Below are positions 21,578 through 30,839 of a stretch of DNA of 64,000 nucleotides, piece by piece. Position 1 is the first letter of the stretch. Every line of letters starts with the position of its first letter. This DNA is from Candidatus Omnitrophota bacterium (GTDB lineage Bacteria > Omnitrophota > Gorgyraeia > Tantalellales > Tantalellaceae): assembly GCA_034723315.1 (NCBI GenBank), contig JAYEOV010000017.1, positions 6,612-70,611 on the forward strand. Reading direction: 5' to 3'. The position numbers were made by a program, and so were the translations under genes. The notes below the pieces were generated by a model. It ran no database searches. It had not been told where the DNA came from and saw only the letters and a list, made by a program, of their open reading frames with translations.

Positions 21578-22348
21578 ATGACATTAACTGAAGCAGTGAT
21601 ATCTGGCGCGGTCCAAGGGGTCACGGAGTTTTTGCCGATTTCCAGTTCAGGACATCTTGTTCTCGTCCACAGCTTTTTCGGTTTTACCGAGCCAAGTATT
21701 TTTTTTGATATATGTCTCCATATCGCGACACTTGCCGCCGTTGTTCTGTATTTCAGCGGTGATATCATCAGGTTAATACGGGAGAGGAATTACAGGTGGC
21801 TGCTTTTTCTCGCTGTCGGGACCGTTCCGGCTGTTCTGGCCGGCCTGTTCTTCGAGAAAAAGATCGCGGAGTTCTTTGTGAACCCGGGGAAAGTGGCGTT
21901 CATGTTGATCCTGACGGGGATCGTGCTTCTTTGCGGCCAGCTTTCATTAATGAAGAGAAAAACGGAAGGCGGGGGTCCGACGTTCATCACTTCGCTCATC
22001 GTGGGCATCGCGCAGGCCTGTTCCCTTTTGCCGGGCATCTCGCGGAGCGGAATGACCGTATCCGCGGGTCTCCTTGGAGGCATGAATGCGGAAGGCGCTT
22101 TCAGGTTCTCTTTTCTGCTTTCAATACCGGTTATCCTGGGAGCTACTCTCTATAAAGTCCTGAGCGAGGATATCGGGGCGGTCCTGTCCGGCAATATTGA
22201 GGTATATGTTACGGGTATGCTGGTGGCGTTTATGACGGGGATCCTGAGCCTGCGGTTGTTGTGGTGGGTCCTGAAAGAGAAACGTTTATTTATTTTCGGC
22301 GCCTATTGTCTTTTAGCGGGATTTGCAGGTATATTTTTATTAAAGTGA
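21578..22348 (+). CDS. uppP: Undecaprenyl-diphosphatase (BacA)
   Basis: QGVTEFLPISSSGHL, PGISRSG, FSFLLS. Confidence 0.95.
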   Translation: MTLTEAVISGAVQGVTEFLPISSSGHLVLVHSFFGFTEPSIFFDICLHIATLAAVVLYFSGDIIRLIRERNYRWLLFLAVGTVPAVLAGLFFEKKIAEFFVNPGKVAFMLILTGIVLLCGQLSLMKRKTEGGGPTFITSLIVGIAQACSLLPGISRSGMTVSAGLLGGMNAEGAFRFSFLLSIPVILGATLYKVLSEDIGAVLSGNIEVYVTGMLVAFMTGILSLRLLWWVLKEKRLFIFGAYCLLAGFAGIFLLK

Positions 22349-22416
22349 GCAGTCGGGGAGTTTTTTTAATTCCGACTGCTTATCCTGAGGAGCGAAACGA
22401 CGAAGGATCTCAGGAT
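22349..22416. repeat. Two adjacent hairpins between uppP and ftsK
   Basis: GCAGTCGG..CCGACTGC stem, then ATCCTGAG (22382-22389) / CTCAGGAT (22409-22416) enclosing GAGCGAAACGACGAAGGAT. Confidence 0.55.
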
Positions 22417-22435
22417 GAATAAGGTATAAGGTACA

Positions 22436-24700
22436 ATGGACCAGGTAAGAAAAAACGAGATATCAGCCGTTGTTCTGTTCGCAGCGAGCCTTTTCCTTTT
22501 CCTGAGCATATTTACTTTCAACGGGCAGGATCTGTCGTTCTATACCAGCGACCCCAATCTTGTTTCGCAGAACGCGACGGGGGTGGTAGGTGCGTATATA
22601 GGCGGCGTCTTGCTTTTTTTCATGGGAAAAGCCGCATATGTGATACCCTTGCTTACCCTGGTATGGGGTATATCACGCCTGGTGCAGATGGAGTCCAGGA
22701 GAGTATCTTTGAAGATCTTCGGGACGATAATCCTTGTTGCCGCGGTAAGCGCGATCCTGAGCATGCTGGTTGATTCCAGCAGAACGATAGCGTTCGCCTG
22801 GGGCGGCGTGATGGGGACGTTGGTCTCCGGTTTTCTTCTCGAGTACCTGGGCAGGGTCGGCGCTATGGTATTCATTATCGCCATGATAGTCCTGTCAGTC
22901 CTGATAGCGACCGAGTTTCTTATCCTGCCCATATTTGTGACGGCGGTCAAGTTCCTCGCGAAAATACCTTCACGTGTCAGGTCAGCCCTGCCGGAAGGAA
23001 GCGCTGTTTCTCCCGGGGGCATAATTCCCGGAAGGGGCCGACTCAGGGCGGCGAGGGAAGAGATCGCCAGAAAACTTGAAACCATGAAAAGGCAGGTGGA
23101 GACGGTTCGCGATAATTCACTCGCGAAAAAAACCGCCGGGAAACAGAAACTCGAACCTGAACAAGCTGTCACAGACGAACCTAAAATAATCGCCCAGCCC
23201 AAACCGCAAAAAGCGGCGGCCATACCGGTCCGGGTCACGGGAGTTTCGGACGGTTCCACCGGCGAAAAGATCGATTATAAACTGCCTCAGCTAAGTCTTT
23301 TGAAAACCCCGTCCAAAACCAACATAAAAGAGCGGGAAGAAGATCTGAAGAGGAAAGCGGCCACTCTCGAGAACACGCTTCTTGAGTTCGGCGTGAAAGC
23401 AAAAGTGGTCAAGATCAATCGCGGACCGGTCATAACCATGTATGAACTGGAACCCGCGATAGGAACAAAGGTAAACAGGATCACTTCCTTAAGCGATAAT
23501 ATTTCTCTCGCTTTGAAGTCCGCTAATATCAGGATCGTTGCTCCTCTTCCGGGCAGAGGGACCATCGGTATAGAGGTCCCGAACGACAAAAGCGAAGTCG
23601 TTCTCTTGCGGGATATCCTGGAGACAATGGAGTACAGCGAAGAGGATTCCGTCTTGAAACTCGCGCTTGGAAAAGATATATCGGGCACCCCCATAATCAC
23701 GGATCTGACAAAGATGCCTCATCTTTTGATAGCCGGCGCTACCGGTTCGGGTAAGACCGTGTGCCTCAACGGTATCATCAGCAGTCTTTTGTTCAGCTCT
23801 TCACCGGATGAGTTGAAATTCCTGATGGTGGACCCGAAAAGAGTGGAGTTGATGATGTTCGAGGGCATACCCCATCTGGTCTCCCCGATAGTGACTAACC
23901 CGAAAAAGGCTGCTGCGGCGTTGAACTGGGTGGTCAACGAAATGGAAAGGCGTTATGAGATATTCGCTGAAAAAGGCGTAAGGAACATCTCCGCGTATAA
24001 GCAGAAAAGGGGCGAGGAAGAAGAGAGCCTGCCGTATATAATCGTTATAGTTGATGAGCTCGCGGACCTGATGATGGTGGCCCAGCAGGACGTGGAAGGG
24101 GCGATAATCAGGATAGCCCAGCTGTCGCGCGCGGCCGGGATCCACATGATACTGGCGACCCAGAGGCCTTCCGTGAATGTCGTTACGGGAGTTGTCAAAG
24201 CCAATTTCCCCGCGAGGATATCGTTCAAGGTCGCTTCAAAAGTGGATTCAAGGACGGTTCTGGACACCAATGGGGCGGAGAAACTTTTGGGAAGAGGCGA
24301 CATGCTGCTGATGGAGCCCGGCGAGACCTCTATTATCCGGGGCCAGTGCAGTCTTGTTGAGGACAGTGAGATCAGGAACATGGTCAAATTCATCAAATCC
24401 CAGGCCGGAGCGCAGTATATCGAAGAGGCAGTGGAAAATCAGGAAAAGAAAACAATGGGCGTGGAGCAGGAAAAAGACGAACTTTATAAGGAAGCAGTTA
24501 AGATAGTCATCCTGACAAAGCAGGCTTCGGTCTCGATGATACAGAGAAAACTCAGGGTGGGGTATACAAGGGCGGCCAGGATGGTGGACATCATGGAAGA
24601 AGAGGGCATCGTCGGGCCTTATAACGGTTCAAAACCCCGCGAGATCCTGGTAGAAGATATCAAAACGATCGAACAGATGGATCAAAATGACAACTCCTAA
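22436..24700 (+). CDS. ftsK: DNA translocase FtsK
   Basis: N-terminal TM region, PHLLIAGATGSGKT, DELADLMM, ATQRPS, gamma domain GYTRAAR. Confidence 0.96.
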   Translation: MDQVRKNEISAVVLFAASLFLFLSIFTFNGQDLSFYTSDPNLVSQNATGVVGAYIGGVLLFFMGKAAYVIPLLTLVWGISRLVQMESRRVSLKIFGTIILVAAVSAILSMLVDSSRTIAFAWGGVMGTLVSGFLLEYLGRVGAMVFIIAMIVLSVLIATEFLILPIFVTAVKFLAKIPSRVRSALPEGSAVSPGGIIPGRGRLRAAREEIARKLETMKRQVETVRDNSLAKKTAGKQKLEPEQAVTDEPKIIAQPKPQKAAAIPVRVTGVSDGSTGEKIDYKLPQLSLLKTPSKTNIKEREEDLKRKAATLENTLLEFGVKAKVVKINRGPVITMYELEPAIGTKVNRITSLSDNISLALKSANIRIVAPLPGRGTIGIEVPNDKSEVVLLRDILETMEYSEEDSVLKLALGKDISGTPIITDLTKMPHLLIAGATGSGKTVCLNGIISSLLFSSSPDELKFLMVDPKRVELMMFEGIPHLVSPIVTNPKKAAAALNWVVNEMERRYEIFAEKGVRNISAYKQKRGEEEESLPYIIVIVDELADLMMVAQQDVEGAIIRIAQLSRAAGIHMILATQRPSVNVVTGVVKANFPARISFKVASKVDSRTVLDTNGAEKLLGRGDMLLMEPGETSIIRGQCSLVEDSEIRNMVKFIKSQAGAQYIEEAVENQEKKTMGVEQEKDELYKEAVKIVILTKQASVSMIQRKLRVGYTRAARMVDIMEEEGIVGPYNGSKPREILVEDIKTIEQMDQNDNS

Positions 24701-25499
24701 GGATATAGGAAAGATCTTCTCCGAGGAAAGGGAGAAACAAAAACTGAGCCTGGAGAAAGCCGCCGGCCAGAGCCGTATTCATTCCGACGTTATAAGGGAC
24801 ATCGAAAACGGGGTTTTTAACCGCCTGGGCAAACTGTACGTAAAAAGTTTCATGAAAAAATACGCGGAATTCCTCGGCCTGGACACCCAGGATATAATAA
24901 GGCAGTATGAAGACGTTTCTTCCAGGATGCCGGGCCGTGAGTTCAGCCTGCAGGAGGAAAAAGAACAGAAGGATGAGACGATAGCCGCGCTATCGGACGA
25001 AAAGTTACAAAAGGCGTTCGTGGCCGTTCTTTCCGTAGTCCTGGTGGTCCTGATATTCGTTCTTATCGGAATGATGAGATCCAGAATGTCACCTGTCTCT
25101 CCGCAGAAAAGCGTAACGACCGTTAAAGAGAAAAAGCCGGCAGTCAGGGTAAAGGAAGTAACCAGTCCGGATAGAGAGGAGAAGACTTCAAGGCGTGCCG
25201 CCGCCTCCGGCACAAGAAAGGAAGCGCCTCTTACGCTTATCTTGGAAGCCCGAGGAAAAGCCTGGGTGAAGGTCTCTAGAGGCAAGAAAAAGCTTTTCGC
25301 GGGCATACTTAAGAAAGGTGGTTCAAAGACCTGGAGATCGGACGGGACTCTGACAGTCTGGACGGGCAAGGCGGATATGCTGGATTTTACGGTCAACGAA
25401 CGTAAGATCGGGGTAGTCGCTGCCGGAGTGGTGAAGAACATAGTCGTTTCTTCCCGGGGCGTCAAGATCGGCGACGTTTGGGTGGCAAGACTTGAATAA
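24687..25499 (+). CDS. rodZ: RodZ-like HTH + TM + DUF4115 protein
   Basis: N-terminal HTH (IENG..YVKSFMKKYAEFLGLD), one TM helix, beta-rich C-terminus; ftsK-rodZ-rimO-pgsA synteny. Confidence 0.75.
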   Translation: MTTPKDIGKIFSEEREKQKLSLEKAAGQSRIHSDVIRDIENGVFNRLGKLYVKSFMKKYAEFLGLDTQDIIRQYEDVSSRMPGREFSLQEEKEQKDETIAALSDEKLQKAFVAVLSVVLVVLIFVLIGMMRSRMSPVSPQKSVTTVKEKKPAVRVKEVTSPDREEKTSRRAAASGTRKEAPLTLILEARGKAWVKVSRGKKKLFAGILKKGGSKTWRSDGTLTVWTGKADMLDFTVNERKIGVVAAGVVKNIVVSSRGVKIGDVWVARLE

Positions 25500-25648
25500 T
25501 AATAAATTAAGCGCTTCGTGCAACTTTGGAGCTGCATGGCGCGCTTAATTTATGGTAAGGGGGCTTTGCCCCCTTAAAATCCCCCGTTCCATTGAAATTC
25601 CGGTACGATAAACTTAACCCGCCTTCAGCGGGAACTTTATAATATTAT

Positions 25649-25676
25649 AGTAGGGCACCTTTAAAGGTGCCCTACT
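25649..25676. repeat. Perfect 28-bp GTAG-ended palindrome
   Basis: AGTAGGGCACCTTTAAAGGTGCCCTACT; same core at 28770-28807. Confidence 0.85.
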
Positions 25677-25730
25677 TGCTTAATTTAATGTAGTAGAAAA
25701 TTCCTTATTGAGAACACATTAACCAAAGCT

Positions 25731-25827
25731 GTAGGAGCGGCCTCCAGGCCGCGAACCCCCTAGTGTTAATTTTGTTAGCGGCCAGGAGGCCGCTCCTACG
25801 GGATAAGGCCTGGAGGCGGCTCCTACG
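25731..25827. repeat. REPIN-like cluster of the RAYT-associated REP
   Basis: GTAGGAGCGGCCTCCAGGCCGCGAAC at 25731 followed by two degenerate inverted copies ending in CTCCTAC. Confidence 0.85.
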
Positions 25828-25866
25828 CGATAAGTAAAAAGTCCACCCGAAGGGCGTTAAGTTGCC

Positions 25867-27198
25867 ATGAAAAAAATTTATGTTCTCAGCCTGGGCTGTC
25901 CCCGCAACCTGCTGGATAGCGAAGTTCTTCTGGGCCTTCTTGAAAAGAAGGGGTTTGATATATCCGAAGTTCCGGAAGGGGCGGACATGGCGATCGTTAA
26001 TACATGTGGTTTTATAGAGGACTCGAAGCGGGAGTCGGTCGACATTATCCTTCAGCTCGCTGATATGAAGAAGGACGGAAAGATAAAAAGCCTCGTCGTT
26101 ACCGGATGTTTGTCCCAGAGATACCCTTCGGAACTGATGGATGAGATCAAAGAGATAGACGGAGTGTTCGGGACCTCGGATTTTATCCGCATACCCGGCA
26201 TGATCGATACGCTTCTTTCAGGCAAGAAGATCAGAGAGGTCAACAGAAAACCGGACTTTCTTTACGATCATCTCTATGAAAGAAGCATTCTCACGCCGCC
26301 GCATTACGTCTATGTAAAGATACAGGAAGGATGTTCGAACAGATGTTCTTACTGCGTTATCCCCGGACTGAAAGGCCCGTGCCGCAGCCGCTCGATCGCG
26401 TCCGTTCTCGAAGAAGTCAAGATCCTGAAGGATAAGCATGATATGAAGGAGATCGTTCTGATCGGGCAGGATACGACGTCGTTCGGGATCGACAGGACGG
26501 GCAGGCCGGAACTTGCGGAACTGCTGAAAAGCGTGTCTGCTCTGGTGCCTGACGCGTGGACCAGGCTTTTATACACGCATCCTGCGCGTTTTACCGATGA
26601 CCTGGTAAGCGTTATCGCGGAAACGGACAACATATGCAAGTATATAGATTTGCCGATACAGCACGTTAATGATAGAATATTACAAAAAATGAACCGCCGC
26701 GTTGCGAAAAGGGAGATCGAGGCCCTGCTCGGCCGGCTTCGCGGCAGGATCAAAGATATCACTTTGCGGACTTCGGTTATCGTGGGGTTTCCCGGCGAAA
26801 CCGAAGATGAATTCAAAGAACTTCTTGATTTTCTTGCGAACGTGAAATTCGATCGCCTGGGTGCTTTTCTTTACTCGAGAGAAGAGGGGACTTTGGCGCA
26901 CAACTTCGAAGGCCAGGTCCCGGAAGACGTGAAAAAAGAAAGATTTGATAAAGTGATGAAACTTCAGAGGGAGATCTCTGCGGATAAGAATCTGGCGTTT
27001 CTCGGCAAAAGCCTTAAGACGTTGATAGACGAAGAAGACCCTTCGGATCCTGAACAGTTCGTGGGCAGATCCCAGATGGACGCGCCGGAAGTGGACGGGG
27101 TTATTTACTTAAAGGGCGAGAACCTCAGGGCCGGGCATTTCACGGACGTCCGCGTAACCGGCACTATGGAATACGACCTTATCGGAGAAGCGATATGA
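25867..27198 (+). CDS. rimO: Ribosomal protein S12 methylthiotransferase
   Basis: SLGCPRNLLDSE, NTCGFI, CSNRCSYC, APEVDG. Confidence 0.95.
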   Translation: MKKIYVLSLGCPRNLLDSEVLLGLLEKKGFDISEVPEGADMAIVNTCGFIEDSKRESVDIILQLADMKKDGKIKSLVVTGCLSQRYPSELMDEIKEIDGVFGTSDFIRIPGMIDTLLSGKKIREVNRKPDFLYDHLYERSILTPPHYVYVKIQEGCSNRCSYCVIPGLKGPCRSRSIASVLEEVKILKDKHDMKEIVLIGQDTTSFGIDRTGRPELAELLKSVSALVPDAWTRLLYTHPARFTDDLVSVIAETDNICKYIDLPIQHVNDRILQKMNRRVAKREIEALLGRLRGRIKDITLRTSVIVGFPGETEDEFKELLDFLANVKFDRLGAFLYSREEGTLAHNFEGQVPEDVKKERFDKVMKLQREISADKNLAFLGKSLKTLIDEEDPSDPEQFVGRSQMDAPEVDGVIYLKGENLRAGHFTDVRVTGTMEYDLIGEAI

Positions 27199-27809
27199 AC
27201 TTACCCAACAAGATAACCTTATTAAGGATAGTGCTTACCTTTGTATTCATGATCCTTCTTTTTTCGAGGTGTCTTCCGGGCAAGATCCTGGCGCTTGCGG
27301 TTTTTCTTATAGCCGCTTTCACCGATTACCTGGACGGTTTCATAGCTAAAAAATATAATATCACGTCCGACTTCGGCAGGATAATGGACCCGGTTGCGGA
27401 CAAGGTGCTTGTCATCGCGGCATTTCTCGCCTTTGTTGAGATGAAACTGGTGCCCGCCTGGATGGTCGTTATAATTATCATGCGCGAAATGCTCATTACG
27501 AGCATCAGGGTAATGGCCTTGAAAAATAATAAGGTTCTTCCCGCGGGGACAGGCGGCAAACACAAGACATTCTCACAGATGCTTTCTATACTTGTGATCC
27601 TGATATTTATAGTCATAAAGGAAACGGGCGTAAGCGTTTTCGGATTCTGGAATACTTCTTTTGAGTACTGGTACCGCCAATTGATCTTTATCCTCATGCT
27701 TGTGACAGTCGTTCTGACCATGATCAGCGGGTTTTCTTATCTGATAGGTAATAAAGAATATTTTTTCAATAACGAAAGGCGTAAAAAAGCCGGGCAGGCC
27801 GGGGAATGA
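27195..27809 (+). CDS. pgsA: CDP-diacylglycerol--glycerol-3-phosphate 3-phosphatidyltransferase
   Basis: MNLPNKIT, DYLDGFIA..FGRIMDPVADK. Confidence 0.93.
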   Translation: MNLPNKITLLRIVLTFVFMILLFSRCLPGKILALAVFLIAAFTDYLDGFIAKKYNITSDFGRIMDPVADKVLVIAAFLAFVEMKLVPAWMVVIIIMREMLITSIRVMALKNNKVLPAGTGGKHKTFSQMLSILVILIFIVIKETGVSVFGFWNTSFEYWYRQLIFILMLVTVVLTMISGFSYLIGNKEYFFNNERRKKAGQAGE

Positions 27810-28264
27810 AGATATCAGGGAATATGGATTATTTAATAGCTACGGTTTTCGGCCTGGGATATTTTCCGGTCGCTCCGGGGACAGCGGGAAGCGTAGCGGG
27901 GCTGGCCCTTTGTCTGCTTCTTCACAAAAACCCGGTCTTATATATCGGTGTTTTCATAATTCTTTTTGTTGCGGGTCTTATATCGGCAGGCAGGGTTGAG
28001 TCACAGAGTCAAATTAAAGACCCCTCTATAGTTGTTATAGACGAATGCGCCTGTATATTTTCCGTGTTCCTGTTCGTTCCCATTAATCTGCCGATCATCC
28101 TGACCGGGTTTTTTCTTTACCGTTTAATAGACATAATAAAATTGCCTCCCATGAGATCCCTCGAGAAATTGAGGGGAGGATGGGGCATAATGCTGGATGA
28201 CCTGATAAGCGGGATATACACAAATCTGATCCTCCAAATTCTCATCGCCTTGAAACTTTTCTAG
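27806..28264 (+). CDS. pgpA: Phosphatidylglycerophosphatase A
   Basis: APGTAGS, DPSIVVIDE, GGWGIMLDD. Confidence 0.92.
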   Translation: MKISGNMDYLIATVFGLGYFPVAPGTAGSVAGLALCLLLHKNPVLYIGVFIILFVAGLISAGRVESQSQIKDPSIVVIDECACIFSVFLFVPINLPIILTGFFLYRLIDIIKLPPMRSLEKLRGGWGIMLDDLISGIYTNLILQILIALKLF

Positions 28265-28462
28265 AGGCCATTTCATAAACCCCTTTAAGTGCTGTTTGGA
28301 CCACTCCTACCAGGGGACGTAAAATTTGCTCCAGCGGCAAATTTTACTCTATGATCTCCTCGCAACCCGCCTCCGCCGAATAATTTTATGCTATCGGACT
28401 TCGGCGGGACCAAGCTTGCTCGTCGATCAAAGCCCCTGCACGGAGTAGCCCAAACAGCACTT
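28262..28462. mobile_element. Partial MITE-like nested-hairpin element
   Basis: Starts TAGAGGCCATTTCATAAACC at the pgpA stop; AAGTGCTGTTTGG / CCAAACAGCACTT outer stem with inner stems; right terminus absent. Confidence 0.55.
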
Positions 28463-28769
28463 TTCCTCAGATCTCACAGCCTGACCGCCAAATTCTGCCA
28501 AAGCATATAAGTATATACTCAATATTGCTAATGTTAATCATATAGGTTAAATATTAGTCTAATGACTGCATTTATTCTGTTATATAGCTGAATTTAGAAG
28601 TATATACTCAAAAAAATCTTTCAGAAACCTTGACTTTTATTTTTTCCCCATTAAACTTTAGAAGAGTTATCCAATTGGTACCAATACATACTAAATTAAG
28701 ACAATACATACAAAATTAAACTTCCACGGACTTACGTCCATGGCATTAGCCTGGTGCAAGCTTCGCTTG

Positions 28770-28807
28770 TCCTAAGTAGGGCACCTTTAAAGGTGCCCTA
28801 CTTAGGA
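28770..28807. repeat. Perfect 38-bp palindrome flanked by two short GC hairpins
   Basis: TCCTAAGTAGGGCACCTTTAAAGGTGCCCTACTTAGGA; CCACGGACTTACGTCCATGG upstream and CCACGGGCTTACGCCCGCGG downstream. Confidence 0.8.
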
Positions 28808-29016
28808 ACCCGATACACCCACGGGCTTACGCCCGCGGAACTTTAAAGGTGCATTAGAATAACCCTGTAGCTTGTTGGGCTATCTTTTATTCATTGTTTA
28901 GCGAAAAATGTTAATTTATTACATAGAGATCCTGCAATCGTTATTAGTGCAATTTGACGTTTTCAAAAATAGAACCGATTTTAGTGAATTCGATCAAGTT
29001 AATAAAAGGAGTTGAT

Positions 29017-29202
29017 ATGGTTAGTTCAGTAATGACTGTGGATGAATTAGCTGACTATCTTAAAATGAAGATCGTCACTATCTATAAGCATGCCCAGAAG
29101 GGGAAAATACCAGGGTTTAAAGTCGGCTCAAAATGGCGGTTCAAAAAAGAGACGATTGACAGGTGGATAGCAGATAAGGAAAAAATGATGTCTCCAAACT
29201 AA
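29017..29202 (+). CDS. Excisionase-like HTH DNA-binding protein
   Basis: MTVDELADYLKM..TIYK..GKIPGFKVGSKWRF; AAAGGAG Shine-Dalgarno. Confidence 0.88.
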   Translation: MVSSVMTVDELADYLKMKIVTIYKHAQKGKIPGFKVGSKWRFKKETIDRWIADKEKMMSPN

Positions 29203-29267
29203 ATTTATCCGCCGTGAAAATGAACAAGCTCTTTTGAAATTATTGAACTACAGGGAAGAGGAAGATC

Positions 29268-30818
29268 ATGAAAAAATTTACACTCTTAATTGATGGAAAA
29301 GACCTGGATACAGGGGATTATAGATACTTTCCGAATATTGATAAAATTATAATAGATCCCAAGAAGGCAAGAAGGGCAATATATTCTAAAAAGGAATCAT
29401 CATACAAAGATAAAAAACACGATCATATATATGGGAAATATTGTTTAAGTAAAGATGAAGATAATATAAAAGCCATTGATGCAGCTCAAGAAGCATTTAC
29501 TAAATTTAAGAAGATTTCTCTTCTATCAAAAAGGAAAATGTTTCATGATATGTATGAACTCCTGATAAAGAAAAAGGAAGAATTTATAAAGATCCTTATA
29601 GCTGAAGGTCATCCAAGAAAATTGGCAGAGTGGGAATTTGAAGGGATGCGAATGGGAAGTTCTCATGAAACAATTGATTTTTATTTTTCACAAATACGAA
29701 AAGAAATAGGAAGAAATGGATCTGAAATTGTATATTGGGCAAGGAAACCCGATGGGGTAGTATGTTTAAATCCGCCGAGAAACGCCGCGTCCAGCAACTC
29801 ATATAATGCTATTCTAGCACTTATTACCGGAAACACATTGATAATAAAGCCACCTTTAAAAACCCCGATTTCCACGATTTTCTTGTGGAAAGAAATAATA
29901 TGGGAGGCAATAAAGAAAAACGGTGCTCCCAATGGATCTGTTAATATCGTATTAGGTAATTCTCAGAAGATTTTAGAAACATGGTTAAGCTCTCCTAAGG
30001 TAAATGATATTATCTATTTTGGAAATAGCAGCAAAGGGCTCGGTGTCGGGGATAAAATATTTCTTGCGAGAAAAAAACCCATTTTAGAGCTCTCAGGTAA
30101 TGATCTATTTCTTGTTTGGAAAGATGCTGATATAGAAGGAGCTACTAATTCTCTTTTGGATTGTTTCCTAGGTTCAACTCAAATATGTATGGTTCCGAAA
30201 ATAGCTATTATTCATGAAACAATATACGAAACTTTTCTTGATGTTTTCAAGCGGAAAATTAAATCGTTAACATTTGGATTGCCTTCAGACAATGATACAA
30301 TTTTTAGCCCTGTTGCAAAAATTAAGGAGTTTTATGAATTTTTGAATGATGCCTTAGAAAAAGGAGCAAAACTGCTTTATGGTGGTGAACGTGTTAATTA
30401 TCTTGGATTGATGGATAATAATGGATCATATATTCAACCTACACTGGTGGAGATTGAAGATTCAAGTAATTTCGAAAATATGAAATGTTTTAAAGATGAA
30501 ATATTCTTTCCTCTTTTACCTTTAGTAAAAATCACAGGAAATGATGATGATATTTTTGAGAAGATCGTAAATATAGTTAATAATCATGAGTATGGGTTAA
30601 GGACGTCGTTATGGATCTCTTCTTTTAAATATTTACGCATGTTCGCTAAGAATTTAGACAATACCGGGTTGCTTAGAATAAACACAAGGCACATAGGTTT
30701 TTCTCGTTACCTTTCCACGCATGGTGGCACAAAAAAGAGTGGGGGTCCTTTTGGTGAAATGAATTATTTTTGGCAGAAGACCTCGCATCTGCAAGGCGTG
30801 GCCAGAATGGTGAGATAA
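29268..30818 (+). CDS. Divergent aldehyde dehydrogenase family protein
   Basis: PPRNA (PWN-like), GNTLIIKP, ILELSGND (Glu), STQICM (Cys), EIFFP, YGL. Confidence 0.85.
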   Translation: MKKFTLLIDGKDLDTGDYRYFPNIDKIIIDPKKARRAIYSKKESSYKDKKHDHIYGKYCLSKDEDNIKAIDAAQEAFTKFKKISLLSKRKMFHDMYELLIKKKEEFIKILIAEGHPRKLAEWEFEGMRMGSSHETIDFYFSQIRKEIGRNGSEIVYWARKPDGVVCLNPPRNAASSNSYNAILALITGNTLIIKPPLKTPISTIFLWKEIIWEAIKKNGAPNGSVNIVLGNSQKILETWLSSPKVNDIIYFGNSSKGLGVGDKIFLARKKPILELSGNDLFLVWKDADIEGATNSLLDCFLGSTQICMVPKIAIIHETIYETFLDVFKRKIKSLTFGLPSDNDTIFSPVAKIKEFYEFLNDALEKGAKLLYGGERVNYLGLMDNNGSYIQPTLVEIEDSSNFENMKCFKDEIFFPLLPLVKITGNDDDIFEKIVNIVNNHEYGLRTSLWISSFKYLRMFAKNLDNTGLLRINTRHIGFSRYLSTHGGTKKSGGPFGEMNYFWQKTSHLQGVARMVR

Positions 30819-30839
30819 TATGTCAAAATATTCAAGGGG

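Noticed and set aside
29017-29202. Excisionase-like gene as evidence of a prophage
   Set aside because: No integrase or phage genes nearby; stand-alone regulators of this family are common.
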